In this document: one piece after another, positions 28,969 to 39,663 of the stretch
How the letters are laid out: every line of letters begins with the position of its first letter
Numbering within the stretch: position 1 is the first letter of the stretch
Assembly: GCA_964551925.1 (NCBI GenBank)
Contig: CAZKFA010000001.1
Span: 16,281-80,280, forward strand
Direction: 5' to 3'
From: an uncultured Gammaproteobacteria bacterium
GTDB lineage: Bacteria; Cyanobacteriota; Vampirovibrionia; LMEP-6097
Length of the DNA stretch: 64,000 bases
The notes under the pieces: model-generated
The model's database searches: none
Told to the model about the DNA's origin: nothing
Seen by the model: only the letters and a program-made list of their open reading frames with translations
Position numbers and translations under genes: made by a program

Positions 28969-29475
28969 CTAATGTTTCTTATGCAATTTACGATATTTAT
29001 AAGGACTTAAGCTTAATCCATTGCTTTGCCAGATATTAAGCTGATTGGATTTGGCAAAAGCTAAAGCATCTTTTAGCTTTTGATTATGAGGATCATTTTT
29101 GTCGAAGATAAAAATCTCAGCCCAACCATTTCGTAATATTTCTTCATTGAGGAATTTTTTCTGTCCATTACCTTCATAGAAAACATAAGCGAGTGTTCTT
29201 GAGTACTTGTCTGTCTTCTCTCGTCCATATTCTATCCAGATTTGCTCACCTGCTTGAATTTGACTGTAAACAAAATTTTGTGCTCTTTTACCCCAGGGTT
29301 CTTGACTGTATTCTGGCGTATCAATTCCTAATAAACGTAGTTGAGTTTTGTTACCAGACTGATCTTGTATTAGTAAAGAATCACCATCTTGTGCTCTGAT
29401 AAAGAAGAACTCATTAGCGCTACTGTTGTGGCAAGCACTAAGGCAGATTGCGACTAACAACAATAGAACACGCAT
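28969..29475 (-). CDS. Thermonuclease (SNase-like) lipoprotein
   Basis: LSAC lipobox, DGDS, RLLGIDTPE, DKYSRTLAYV, G.A. Confidence 0.9.
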   Translation of the reverse strand: MRVLLLLVAICLSACHNSSANEFFFIRAQDGDSLLIQDQSGNKTQLRLLGIDTPEYSQEPWGKRAQNFVYSQIQAGEQIWIEYGREKTDKYSRTLAYVFYEGNGQKKFLNEEILRNGWAEIFIFDKNDPHNQKLKDALAFAKSNQLNIWQSNGLSLSPYKYRKLHKKH

Positions 29476-29527
29476 TATAAAACAATTCTAGCAAAGTGCT
29501 TACTTTCTTGCTAACATTATCCATTTA

Positions 29528-30238
29528 ATGGCAGTTGAGCGCAGTTACAAATATTTAAATATCATCACAGTTTGTTTTGTTGTTGCTTTGTTGATTGCAA
29601 ATCTAGCTGGTTGTATTAAAATCATCCGCATAACAATTCCTTTTGTGGATTTTAGTTTTAGCTGTACTACTGGATTGCTATTGTTCCCTGCAACATATTT
29701 GATAGGTGATTTACTTACTGAGGTTTATGGCTATGCTCAAAGCCGGCGTGTCATTTGGACTGGATTTGGATCACTGATAGCTTCAAACCTAATCATACAG
29801 GGCTTTGTGGCTTTGCCACCAGATCCTGATTGGGGACTGCAAGAATCTTATCAACAAATATTCAATCAGAGCTTTCGCGTTAGTATGGCAAGTATGGTTG
29901 CTTTTTTCTGTGGAGAGTTTACCAATAGCTATGTAGTCGCTAAATTAAAAGTTATTACTAAAGGTAAAATGCAATGGCTAAGAATTATTGGTTCGACTGT
30001 AGCTGGTGAACTAGTTGATACTTTAATAATATTTCCTCTGGGTTTCTTGGGAGCAGCAGGTTATCCAATCTCACTAATGATAGGGGTTATAGCAACTAGT
30101 TATATATTTAAAGTTTGTTGGGAGATATTAGCTTATCCATTGACACGACAATTAATAGCTTTTTTGAAGCGTTCTGAAGTAGAAGATTACTATGACTATG
30201 ATACCAACTTTAGTCCTTTTCATTTAAATCATGCCTAA
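29528..30238 (+). CDS. Queuosine precursor transporter (YhhQ/Vut_1 family)
   Basis: FP.TY...D..TEVYG, R...AS..AF..GEF.NS, R..GST..GE.VDT. Confidence 0.9.
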   Translation: MAVERSYKYLNIITVCFVVALLIANLAGCIKIIRITIPFVDFSFSCTTGLLLFPATYLIGDLLTEVYGYAQSRRVIWTGFGSLIASNLIIQGFVALPPDPDWGLQESYQQIFNQSFRVSMASMVAFFCGEFTNSYVVAKLKVITKGKMQWLRIIGSTVAGELVDTLIIFPLGFLGAAGYPISLMIGVIATSYIFKVCWEILAYPLTRQLIAFLKRSEVEDYYDYDTNFSPFHLNHA

Positions 30239-31577
30239 AACAACACTAATTAAGAACGCAACTATTATTAACGAAGCTAAGCGTTTCGTTGGTTCTGTGT
30301 TGATCGAAGGTAAATTGATCAAGCAGATTATTACTAACGTAGGAGACTTAGATAGCTGCCAAGCTGGGACTGTGATTGATGCTACTGGTTGTTTTCTGAT
30401 TCCTGGCATGATTGATGGGCAAGTGCATTTTAGAGAGCCAGGGCTGACGCACAAGGGAGATATTTTTACGGAGTCTAAAGCAGCTATTGCTGGTGGTACT
30501 ACTTCTTTTATGGAGATGCCTAATACTATTCCTCGGGTACTTGATCGTAAAACTTTAGATGAGAAGTTTGCAATTGGAGCAAAGCAGTCGATGGCTAACT
30601 ATTCTTTTTATATGGGTACTTCAAACACTAATATTGATGAGGTTTTGAAGGTAGATCCTAAGCTGATTTGTGGCATCAAAATGTTTCTCGGATCTTCCAC
30701 TGGTGATATGCTTGTCGATGATCAGAATGCTATAGAAAAACTATTAGCTGAAACACAGATGCTGATTGCTTGTCATTGTGAGGATGAAGATACTATTATT
30801 GCTAATGCTAATAAGTATCGCAGTGAGATGGGTGAAGATCTGCCACTAGAGTATCATAGTAAGATTCGTAATCATAAGGCTTGTTATTTATCAAGCTCGC
30901 AGATTATCAAGAAAGCTAAGAAGTTTCAATCACGCTTGCACGTCTTGCATTTAACTACGGCTGATGAAATGGAATTGTTTGATAATAAGACAGAACTAGC
31001 CAAAAAGCGCATTACGGCTGAGGTTTGTGTGCATCATCTTTGGTTCACTAATAAAGATTACAAACAAAAAGGTAATTTTATTAAATGGAACCCTTCTATT
31101 AAAGATCCAGAGGATCGTAATGCTTTGCGCAAGGCAGTGAAGAATAATACCATTGATATTATTGCAACGGATCACGCTCCGCATACTCTTGAGGAGAAGA
31201 ATAATACTTACTTCAAATGCCCTTCTGGAGGACCTTTGGTGCAACATTCTTTGGTTGCATTATTAGAAATGTGTGAGCAAGGGATTTTTAATTTTGAAAC
31301 TATAGTTAATAAGACGAGCCACTCACCAGCGATTTGTTTTCAAGTTGAGAATAGAGGTTTCATTCGTGAGGGTTACGCTGCTGATTTGGTTTTGTTCAAG
31401 CGTAATCCTTGGCAAGTAAACAAGGATAATATTTTATATAAGTGCGGCTGGTCACCGTTTGAAGGACAAACTTTTAATTATCAAATTACTCATACTCTCG
31501 TCAATGGACACTTGGTATACGCCAACGGCAATATTGATGAGGCTTATAGAGGGGAGCAGTTGGAGTTTGTGCGATAG
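30231..31577 (+). CDS. pyrC: Dihydroorotase
   Basis: D.QVHFREPG, EMPNT, HCED, KWNP, ATDHAPH. Confidence 0.88.
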   Translation: MPKTTLIKNATIINEAKRFVGSVLIEGKLIKQIITNVGDLDSCQAGTVIDATGCFLIPGMIDGQVHFREPGLTHKGDIFTESKAAIAGGTTSFMEMPNTIPRVLDRKTLDEKFAIGAKQSMANYSFYMGTSNTNIDEVLKVDPKLICGIKMFLGSSTGDMLVDDQNAIEKLLAETQMLIACHCEDEDTIIANANKYRSEMGEDLPLEYHSKIRNHKACYLSSSQIIKKAKKFQSRLHVLHLTTADEMELFDNKTELAKKRITAEVCVHHLWFTNKDYKQKGNFIKWNPSIKDPEDRNALRKAVKNNTIDIIATDHAPHTLEEKNNTYFKCPSGGPLVQHSLVALLEMCEQGIFNFETIVNKTSHSPAICFQVENRGFIREGYAADLVLFKRNPWQVNKDNILYKCGWSPFEGQTFNYQITHTLVNGHLVYANGNIDEAYRGEQLEFVR

Positions 31578-31620
31578 CTTGACATGACACTCCCAATAGT
31601 GTTATATTGACTTACTCGTG

Positions 31621-33513
31621 ATGCCAAGAATAACCTCTAATCCTTTAGCGAATTTAGCTTTAGTCGCAGCAGCTTTTAGTGCTGGCTGTGGTGGATATGA
31701 GGAAATACCAACTACTCCAAAAACAGAGACAGCGATCGTTGATAATATTCCTGATACCAAGCCTTCGATACAACTTCCTGATAGTGATGCTTTGATTCAA
31801 AAAATAAAATTAGGCAAAGTTGATTCTATCTCTATGACTTATGCTGATACTGGAATGCGTTATCCTTTCTACACGATTCTTTTGACTAATGGCAATACCG
31901 TCTATCTAGACATCCCTGAGGACTTAGCCTCAAGAAAGCAAATCGGTGACGCGCTAGCTCGATCATTAGCAAAGAATAAATATGTAACTCTGATATCAGA
32001 ACGATCTATTATAAGAGATCTAAGTAAAGCTCTGACTTCTAGTGCTGGAATCATTATTCCTATTGTCGCACTGATATTTTTAATAGGTTACATAAATACG
32101 AAAAAAGAAGAAATGGATTCTGATGACCGAGTTATCAAACCGGGTGGAAACAACCCACAAAAAACTTCAGTAAAATTTTCAGATATACGTGGTAATAAAG
32201 AGAACGTCAAATTATTACAAGATATAGTAGCCTTACTCAAAAATATCAATAAATCAGAAGTCAAAATCCCCAGAGGAATTCTTCTATATGGTGGTCCAGG
32301 TACTGGTAAAACAATCATGGCTAAAGCTGTTGCAAACGAAGCTGGTATGAACTTCATAGCAATTAGTGGTTCAGACTTTATTGAAATATTCGCGGGGCAA
32401 GGAGCGAGAAAAGTCCGAGAGGTTTTTGCTACTGCAAGAAAACATAAACCTTGCATTATTTTTATTGATGAGATTGATGGAATTGGCAAGAATAGAAATG
32501 GTGCTCATGACGAAAGACTTCAAACAGTAAATCAAATTTTGGCTGAAATGGATGGCTTCAAATCAGGCAGTGGTGTTATGGTTATGGCGGCAACTAATGA
32601 TCCTGAGTCTTTAGATCCAGCCTTAATGCGAGAAGGTAGATTTGATTATAAGGTGCATATTGCAAATCCAAGTTCTATTGAGCAAAGAGCAGATATTTTG
32701 GATTTATACATTGAGAAGAAAAAGAAATCAGGGCGAATCGATGATGATATAAGCGCGGTAGAGGTTGCTAAAAAAACAATTGGTTTCTCTGGAGCTCAAC
32801 TTGAAGCAGTGATTGAACAAGCTGATATCCATGCTATTAGGCAAGGTAGAGATAAAATTTGTAAAAAAGATATTGCAGAAGCAATTAATCAAGTGTTATT
32901 AGGAATCAAATCTGATATTAAGCCAACTCCTGAAGCGCAAAGAGCCATTGCCATACATGAATTTGGTGGGCACTATTTAGTAGCAAGAAGTGCTGGAGTA
33001 AAAGTAAATGAAGTTTCTATTATTCCAAGAGGTAAATCTTTAGGACATATAACTATAGAACCTAATGATAATGAACTAATGAATCAATCTAAAGACGCGT
33101 TACTAAGAAGGTTGGTTGTTTTGTTGGGTGGCAGAGCAGGCGAGAAAATCTTGGGTTCTAGCATCACAGTCGGAGCAGAAGATGATCTAAACAAAGCTAG
33201 AAGCTTACTAAGATTAATGTTAAGTTCAAATATGCTCGGTACTACAATGTACAGTTATGATAATCCAGATCTACCATTATCAGCAAATGATGAAGAAATT
33301 GCCATAAAATTATTTCAAGCTGCGGAACAAACAGCAGAAGAAATTATCAAAGAATTTCCTCGTGATGATATAGAAAAACTGATAGCAAGAATCTTTAAAG
33401 AAGAAGAGATTACTGGTGACGCTGCTAATCAATTAGGTGAAGAAGTTATTGACAGGGCTATCTGGACAAAAGCTAGAGAGCGAGCTGATGCTTTTGTTAA
33501 GACTCAGGATTAA
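31621..33513 (+). CDS. FtsH-like AAA+ metalloprotease, divergent
   Basis: Walker A GGPGTGKT, Walker B FIDEID, SRH ATN...LDPALMREGRFD, M41 region with HEFGGH, LGGRAGE, GA.DD. Confidence 0.85.
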   Translation: MPRITSNPLANLALVAAAFSAGCGGYEEIPTTPKTETAIVDNIPDTKPSIQLPDSDALIQKIKLGKVDSISMTYADTGMRYPFYTILLTNGNTVYLDIPEDLASRKQIGDALARSLAKNKYVTLISERSIIRDLSKALTSSAGIIIPIVALIFLIGYINTKKEEMDSDDRVIKPGGNNPQKTSVKFSDIRGNKENVKLLQDIVALLKNINKSEVKIPRGILLYGGPGTGKTIMAKAVANEAGMNFIAISGSDFIEIFAGQGARKVREVFATARKHKPCIIFIDEIDGIGKNRNGAHDERLQTVNQILAEMDGFKSGSGVMVMAATNDPESLDPALMREGRFDYKVHIANPSSIEQRADILDLYIEKKKKSGRIDDDISAVEVAKKTIGFSGAQLEAVIEQADIHAIRQGRDKICKKDIAEAINQVLLGIKSDIKPTPEAQRAIAIHEFGGHYLVARSAGVKVNEVSIIPRGKSLGHITIEPNDNELMNQSKDALLRRLVVLLGGRAGEKILGSSITVGAEDDLNKARSLLRLMLSSNMLGTTMYSYDNPDLPLSANDEEIAIKLFQAAEQTAEEIIKEFPRDDIEKLIARIFKEEEITGDAANQLGEEVIDRAIWTKARERADAFVKTQD

Positions 33514-34072
33514 TGACTCGGCTTAATTCGTCCACTCGCCCCTCAATACTTAAAGACTTAAGTTCGTATAACTTCGATCTCAAACCCCAACTATCCACCA
33601 TCGCAAGTAGCAATCGATCTATCTGCCGTTGATAAGTAGCATTAGCCCAGCGGAAATTATCATCAGAGATCTCAAACATTATTGGCAAATAAACTAATAG
33701 ATCATAATTCTGTGCTTGCTGGTGAGCTGCTTGGTAGAAGCGTTCTGAAGTATCTACGTCTGCCGAGTTCCAGGACCAGCGCATAAAATAAACCCAGGCG
33801 TCTATCGTCGAGCGGTCTGCAATGAAGCTAGTAAACTGCTTTTCTGCTTGGATTTGACGCAAGAGCACATCTTCACGAAATTGATGAACGTCGCCATCAA
33901 TCTCGTAAGGATTCTTGTAGCCGCGTTCGTTACAAAGCACTCTAACTTGCTCCGGGATCTTGTTGTAGAGATTTGCAATAGAATCTTCTTTAAATAGAGC
34001 TTCTAGTAAAGTTGTTTTGCCAACGCCAGCGCTACCAATGAGAGCAACCTTCTTAAACTTGCTCTCTGTCAT
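33497..34072 (-). CDS. P-loop ATPase/kinase, NadR-like (AAA_28)
   Basis: GSAGVGKTT, DRS.ID...Y, YDL, DD.FR; ATG at 34072 overlaps the ilvB end. Confidence 0.8.
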   Translation of the reverse strand: MTESKFKKVALIGSAGVGKTTLLEALFKEDSIANLYNKIPEQVRVLCNERGYKNPYEIDGDVHQFREDVLLRQIQAEKQFTSFIADRSTIDAWVYFMRWSWNSADVDTSERFYQAAHQQAQNYDLLVYLPIMFEISDDNFRWANATYQRQIDRLLLAMVDSWGLRSKLYELKSLSIEGRVDELSRVINPES

Positions 34073-35873
34073 AATCTTGTGGTGAACGAGTGCTGCACGA
34101 TTCTGGCATAGTGCCCGCATCAATACCCATCATGTCCATGTTGGAGCCGCCTGGTGGCACTATAGGCCAAACATTCATCTCGTAAGCCATTGGGAAGTCT
34201 ATCACCACAGCTTGCCCTGTAGCAAAAGCCTCTTTGAGAATGCCTTCGACATCATCTCTCGTCTCTGGTTTATAGCCATTGAGTCCGTAAGCATCAGCAA
34301 GCTTGACGAAATCTGGACTGCCGTGTTTGAGATCGACGTGAGAATATTTTTTGTCATAGAATAAATCTTGCCACTGTCTTACCATTCCCAAATTTTGGTT
34401 ATTAAAAATACAATTAATAACTTTAAGATCATAAGCTTTAAGTGTGCCAAGTTCTTGCTCACACATCTGAAAGCTACCATCGCCTGTAATGTTTACCACG
34501 ACTTCATCTGAGCGGTCATTCTCGGTGCCGCGACTATCTTCAAGTGCGGCTGCTGCTCCCATCGCTGCTGGCAGTCCATAACCCATAGTACCAGCACCAC
34601 CGCTAGTGAGCCATTGACGAGGGTGATTAATTTCTGCGTATTGTGCTGCCCACATTTGATGTTGACCAACATCTGTAGAATAGACAACTTTATCGCCACC
34701 GATTTTTTTGATGGTCTTAAGTATATGCTGCGGACTGATTAGATCTTGTGAGATAGGGTCGTGGTCTAGTGGATATTCGTCTTTCCATTCTTGGACTTTT
34801 TTTAGCCACTCTTCGGTGTCAGGTTTACGTTTGTTAATTTCTTGAATCAGATCTTCAAGTATAAGCTTTGCGTCACCAACAATAGGAACATCAATCTCTG
34901 AGCGCATCTTGCGATTTTTGCCAACTTCAGCTGGATCTATATCTATGTGGATTACATTAGCATCTGGTGCAAAGGTTGATAGTTTGCCTGTTACTCTATC
35001 GTCAAATCTAGCACCAACTGCAATTAATAAATCAGAATTATAGACAGCGTAGTTGGCGTATGCAGTACCGTGCATACCAAGCATACCCAGAAATAATGGG
35101 TGACGATGAGGTACAGCTCCCTTACCTTGTAGTGTCGTGGTAACGGGAATCATGAGAGACTCAGCGAGCTCACATAGTAGTTTGGAAGCGCCAGCACTGA
35201 TTACACCACCACCAGCATAAAGCACTGGGCGACGGGCTTTGAGGATTTGTATTGCAGCCATTGCGATCTGTTTAGGGTTGCCTTTGAGTTTAGGTTTATA
35301 ACCACGAATGTCTGGCACGTAGCTATCGTCGATTCTATTATCGTCTGTAACTTCAAACTCGCCATTAAGGACATCTTTCGGCATATCTACCAAAACCGGT
35401 CCAGGACGTCCAGTACCGCTAATATGAAAGGCATTAGCAACGCAACGCGCCAGATCCTCTGGTTTCTTGACTAAATAACTGTGTTTGACAATTGGGTAAG
35501 TGATCCCTGTGATATCTGCTTCCTGAAAGAAGTCTGAGCCAATACCAAAAGTTGGGACTTGACCGGTAAGACAAACGATAGGCGTTGAATCCATGTAAGC
35601 GTCTGCAATTCCGGTAACTAAATTTGTAGCACCAGGTCCGCTAGTAGCTAAGACAACTCCAGGTCTGCCACTAACGCGTGCGTAACCTTCTGCTGCGTGA
35701 GCTCCGCCTTGTTCATGTCTTACTAAGATGTGTAATAATTCGTTTTCGTAATACAGTTCGTCATATAGACCGAGCAATACTCCGCCAGGATAACCAAAAA
35801 ATCTCTTGACGCCTTGACGTCTTAACTCTTTTAGTAAAGATTTGGCTCCGGTAGTGGTTTCTTTTGCTGCCAT
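34053..35873 (-). CDS. ilvB: Acetolactate synthase large subunit
   Basis: FGYPGG, RHEQG, TSGPGATN, DVGQHQMW, GDGSFQM, GMVRQWQ. Confidence 0.96.
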   Translation of the reverse strand: MAAKETTTGAKSLLKELRRQGVKRFFGYPGGVLLGLYDELYYENELLHILVRHEQGGAHAAEGYARVSGRPGVVLATSGPGATNLVTGIADAYMDSTPIVCLTGQVPTFGIGSDFFQEADITGITYPIVKHSYLVKKPEDLARCVANAFHISGTGRPGPVLVDMPKDVLNGEFEVTDDNRIDDSYVPDIRGYKPKLKGNPKQIAMAAIQILKARRPVLYAGGGVISAGASKLLCELAESLMIPVTTTLQGKGAVPHRHPLFLGMLGMHGTAYANYAVYNSDLLIAVGARFDDRVTGKLSTFAPDANVIHIDIDPAEVGKNRKMRSEIDVPIVGDAKLILEDLIQEINKRKPDTEEWLKKVQEWKDEYPLDHDPISQDLISPQHILKTIKKIGGDKVVYSTDVGQHQMWAAQYAEINHPRQWLTSGGAGTMGYGLPAAMGAAAALEDSRGTENDRSDEVVVNITGDGSFQMCEQELGTLKAYDLKVINCIFNNQNLGMVRQWQDLFYDKKYSHVDLKHGSPDFVKLADAYGLNGYKPETRDDVEGILKEAFATGQAVVIDFPMAYEMNVWPIVPPGGSNMDMMGIDAGTMPESCSTRSPQDYDREQV

Positions 35874-35937
35874 GACTCTATTTTAGCAGTATTTGTTATA
35901 ATTTATCCTAGGCACTTGTTGTAAGTGCTATTTCTTT

Positions 35938-37110
35938 ATGCCAACTTTTTCAAAACTTGACAAATATGTACTTTCTGAATTCTGGTTGCCGCTAATTAGT
36001 GGTGCTGGCATCATTACTGGTGTCTGGTTGGGGATTGATAAGTTCAAAGATATTTTTAAGCTCTTAGCTAAATCTGGAGCTTCTTTTACTACGGGTCTTG
36101 TGATTCTTGGTTTGGAGACGCCGCAGATTCTTGCCTTGACTATTCCTATCAGTATTTTACTTGCTAGTTTTTTGGCTTTTCAGAAATTATCTGGGCAATC
36201 TGAAGTTATTGCAATGAGAGCTGCTGGGGTGAGTTTCACTAGGCTAATGCGTCCCGTTGTTATTCTTGGTTTGCTTGGAATGATGGCGACGTTTTTTTTG
36301 AGTGAGGTGATAGTGCCGTTTACGACACCTTTTGCTAAGAAGATTTATATGCTTGCTTTGTATGAAGATCCGATTGCTACAAGCTCGCTGAATGGCTTTA
36401 GTTATTTTGAAAAAGATTCTAGTAATATACTCAAGCGAATTTTTTATGTGCGTAGATTTAATAATGATCAATTAAAGAGTGTAGTAATTTTAGACTTCTC
36501 AAAAGAAAATCTTGCTGTGATCCATACTGCTAAAGCCGGTCACTGGGATGCTGCTAAAGGTGGTTGGTTCCTCAAAAATGGCAGCACTAGTTATGTTAAA
36601 GAATCTGTTCCAACTGGAGATCATGATATTTTTGAAGATGATTTTGAGAATGTGGCTGGATCTTCTTCTATGCATTTGATCTCCAATTTCAAAGAGACTT
36701 TTATTCCAAGTTCATTGAACCCACAAGAGATACTTAAGAGAATGGCAAATGTTAGAGATATGAATTTCGCTAGTTTGTTTAGTTATATTAAATTACACGA
36801 GAAGGCTAATATTGAAACTGATTCTCTAAACGAGTTTCGTACCAAATTTCATACTAAGTTTTCTTATCCATTCTCTTGTGTTTTGCTTGCCGTTATCGGT
36901 GCTTGTTTGGGAATAGTGGGCAGACGCCGTACTATTAATTGGGGTTATATAATTTTAGGTTTAGTAGTGTTTGTGTTTTATATGTCACAGACAGTGTTTG
37001 ATTCCTTTGGAGATTCTGGTAAAATATTGCCGATGCTTTCGGTATGGATACCAAACCTAATTATTGGCGCACTTGCAGCGACTGTATTTTTCTATAGAGC
37101 GAATAAATAG
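35938..37110 (+). CDS. LptF/LptG-family permease
   Basis: LDKYV, SEVIAMRAAGVS, 3+3 TM segments with a central periplasmic domain, W.PN. Confidence 0.9.
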   Translation: MPTFSKLDKYVLSEFWLPLISGAGIITGVWLGIDKFKDIFKLLAKSGASFTTGLVILGLETPQILALTIPISILLASFLAFQKLSGQSEVIAMRAAGVSFTRLMRPVVILGLLGMMATFFLSEVIVPFTTPFAKKIYMLALYEDPIATSSLNGFSYFEKDSSNILKRIFYVRRFNNDQLKSVVILDFSKENLAVIHTAKAGHWDAAKGGWFLKNGSTSYVKESVPTGDHDIFEDDFENVAGSSSMHLISNFKETFIPSSLNPQEILKRMANVRDMNFASLFSYIKLHEKANIETDSLNEFRTKFHTKFSYPFSCVLLAVIGACLGIVGRRRTINWGYIILGLVVFVFYMSQTVFDSFGDSGKILPMLSVWIPNLIIGALAATVFFYRANK

Positions 37111-37130
37111 GCTTGTTACGAATCTAATAA

Positions 37131-37595
37131 TTAGCCGAAGCTATCAAGGTTGATACCGTTGTTTGGAGTGTTTGGTGTCATTGGTTTGAGATTGGCTGTG
37201 CGTGTTTGTGGTGCTGTTGTACCATAGACGTCTTGTGTAACTTCTTTTAAAATCCTCTCTAGAAAGGCTTTCTCTGGTATGCGTAAGTCTTTGAAAGTAT
37301 TAGAGAATTGAATTGCTGCTTCAGAGTAAACGCCTGGAGTTGGAGCGTCTTTGAGAAATTTTGGCGCTTCTTCGCCTCTGAGAGCGAGATTAGCTTCTCG
37401 GACTTGCTGCTTACGAGCCGCATCAAGTGGAGTGTTACTAACAAAAGCATCTGCTTGAGAGCTATTTGGTATGTGTGTATAAGCTGGTTCTGAGGTTGGA
37501 CTATTGAGATCTTTACGTGGAGTCTGTGATGTGGCCTCTCCCAATGAAGGAATATAACCATCGAAATTTTTTAATGGATCTGTCCCAGATGACAT
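37131..37595 (-). CDS. Hypothetical P/T/S-rich protein
   Basis: 154-aa ORF directly downstream of serS on the same strand; no motif. Confidence 0.55.
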   Translation of the reverse strand: MSSGTDPLKNFDGYIPSLGEATSQTPRKDLNSPTSEPAYTHIPNSSQADAFVSNTPLDAARKQQVREANLALRGEEAPKFLKDAPTPGVYSEAAIQFSNTFKDLRIPEKAFLERILKEVTQDVYGTTAPQTRTANLKPMTPNTPNNGINLDSFG

Positions 37596-37620
37596 AATGA
37601 TATAGTTAACTATATTTAGA

Positions 37621-38895
37621 TTAAGATACGGTTAAGGATGTAGCAAGATATGGTTTGAGGCAGTCTGGGATAGCAATAGAGCCGTCTTTTTGTTGATAAT
37701 TTTCTAAGATAGCTGCTAGAGTCCTGCCTACGGCAAGCCCAGAGCCATTAATAGTATGAACCAGCTGAGCTTTAGTCTCAGAATTGTACTTAAAGCGAAT
37801 TTTGGCGCGTCTTGCTTGAAAATCCTTGAAATTGCTACAACTACTTATTTCTCTATATTTGCCTTGTCCTGGGAACCAAACCTCTAAGTCGTAGCATTTA
37901 CTTGCCCCAAATCCAATATCACCAGTACAAAGCAAAACCTTACGGTAAGGTAATTTGAGAGCTTGTAATATTGCTTCTGCGTCTTTAGTAAGTCTCTCGT
38001 GTTCAGCTTCGCTATCTTCTGGGCTAGTGATTTTGACTAGTTCGATTTTGTTGAATTGATGTTGGCGAATGATGCCGCGAGTGTCTTTAGATGCTGCTCC
38101 CGCCTCTGATCTAAAGTTTGGTGTATAGGCACACAAGCTAATTGGTAATTGGTTAGCATCAAGAATCTCGTCGCGATAGATATTAGTGAGAGGTACTTCT
38201 GCTGTCGGGATTAGATATAAATCTTCATCTTGGATTTGGTAGAGATCTGCTTTGAACTTTGGAAGTTGACCGGTTCCAAATAAGGACTCGCTATTAACTA
38301 AGATTGGTGGAACGCACTCGGCATAGCCATTAGAGCTTGCTGTATCAAGCATGAAGTTGATAAGAGCCCTTTCTAGTTTGGCCGCTAAACCTTTAACTAG
38401 AGTGAATCTGCTTTTTGCAATTTTGACTCCACGTTCGAAATCTAGAATATCTAATCTACGCCCAATCTCATCATGATCGAGAACCTCGAAGTCAAACTCT
38501 CTGACAGTGCCATGTTTATAGACTATTTGATTATCGTGCTCATCTTTGCCAATGGGTGTTCCTTGGTCTGGTAGGTTGGGAATTGCTACTAATAAAGCTT
38601 GTTGTTTAGCAAAGAGTTCCGGCTCTCTGTCTGAGATTGCTTTGAGAGAGGTCTTGATTTTATTAAGCTGTTCTATTTCGTTGTCAGCGTTTTCTTTTTG
38701 AGCTTTTTTGATGCCCACTTGTTTAGATAGTTGATTGCGATTGGTTTCTAGTTCTTGCTGAGCTTGTAAGGCTTGGCGGTGCTCAAGATCCAAAGCGATA
38801 AGCTCTTCAACCATTGCAACAAAAGCAGGATTGCGGCTAGCTAATAGTCGTTTGACCATTTCTGGTTCTTGGCGAATAAGTTTAATGTCAATCAT
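37621..38895 (-). CDS. serS: Serine-tRNA ligase
   Basis: MIDIKLIR start, LIPTAEVP, FRSEAG, RQHQF.K.E, EISSCSN, NGSGLAVGR. Confidence 0.97.
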   Translation of the reverse strand: MIDIKLIRQEPEMVKRLLASRNPAFVAMVEELIALDLEHRQALQAQQELETNRNQLSKQVGIKKAQKENADNEIEQLNKIKTSLKAISDREPELFAKQQALLVAIPNLPDQGTPIGKDEHDNQIVYKHGTVREFDFEVLDHDEIGRRLDILDFERGVKIAKSRFTLVKGLAAKLERALINFMLDTASSNGYAECVPPILVNSESLFGTGQLPKFKADLYQIQDEDLYLIPTAEVPLTNIYRDEILDANQLPISLCAYTPNFRSEAGAASKDTRGIIRQHQFNKIELVKITSPEDSEAEHERLTKDAEAILQALKLPYRKVLLCTGDIGFGASKCYDLEVWFPGQGKYREISSCSNFKDFQARRAKIRFKYNSETKAQLVHTINGSGLAVGRTLAAILENYQQKDGSIAIPDCLKPYLATSLTVS

Positions 38896-38925
38896 AGCAA
38901 TCCATTCTAAAGTATAATATAGAAA

Positions 38926-39663
38926 TTGGTGCAACGCAATTATAGATTTAGCCTTAATCCTGAAGATAAGCTTGAAAGCAAGCTTATGGTAGTTAACAAT
39001 AAAGATTTAATACACCAAATTACAAATGTTCTGAGATTAAGACCAGGACACAAAGAAGGGCTTAGTTTTATTGATGGTAGTGGGCTTGTTTATGAGGTCA
39101 AGATGATTAGCCAAGGCAAAAAAAAAATTGATTTTGAGATTATTAGCACAGTGGCTTCTCCTCGTGAATTGAAACAGCAAATTAGATTCTTTGTACCTAT
39201 GATTAAGAAAGAATCCTTTGCCTTTATGATTCAAAAGCTTACAGAGATTGGTGTACAAGAGATAGTCCCGGTGAGTTTTGCGCGCTCGCAGAGAAAAAAC
39301 ATAGAGGCTTTTAATAAGGATAAGATGCTGAAAATCATTTCTGAAGCTACGGAACAGTGTGAGGGAGCTGTTTATACTAAGCTCTCTGATATTATTGAGT
39401 TTGAAAATTTGTCTTATTATACACCGTATAGTAGCGCTTATTATGCTAGTGAGCGTTTGTCGTTAACAGCAGCAAGTCAAGCAGTTAGTTTGGTAAATAG
39501 CGACGTTGTAAACTTATTGGTTGGACCAGAAGGTGGATTGACGGATGAAGAAGTTGAGATTCTGGATTCATTGGGATTTGCGGCTACGAGTTTGGGTCCG
39601 CGCTTGCTGAAGGCAGAGACTGCGGCGATTTGTTTAGTTAGTAGTATTATGACAAAGCCTTAG
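38926..39663 (+). CDS. rsmE: 16S rRNA m3U1498 methyltransferase
   Basis: H...VLR, QKLTEIG, EA.EQC, VGPEGG, LGPRLL.AETA; start uncertain (TTG 38926 or GTG 38929). Confidence 0.9.
   Translation: MVQRNYRFSLNPEDKLESKLMVVNNKDLIHQITNVLRLRPGHKEGLSFIDGSGLVYEVKMISQGKKKIDFEIISTVASPRELKQQIRFFVPMIKKESFAFMIQKLTEIGVQEIVPVSFARSQRKNIEAFNKDKMLKIISEATEQCEGAVYTKLSDIIEFENLSYYTPYSSAYYASERLSLTAASQAVSLVNSDVVNLLVGPEGGLTDEEVEILDSLGFAATSLGPRLLKAETAAICLVSSIMTKP
39414..39434. repeat. TATACRSYGTATA palindrome, copy 3 (in rsmE)
   Basis: TTATTATACA-C-CGTATAGTAG. Confidence 0.8.
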
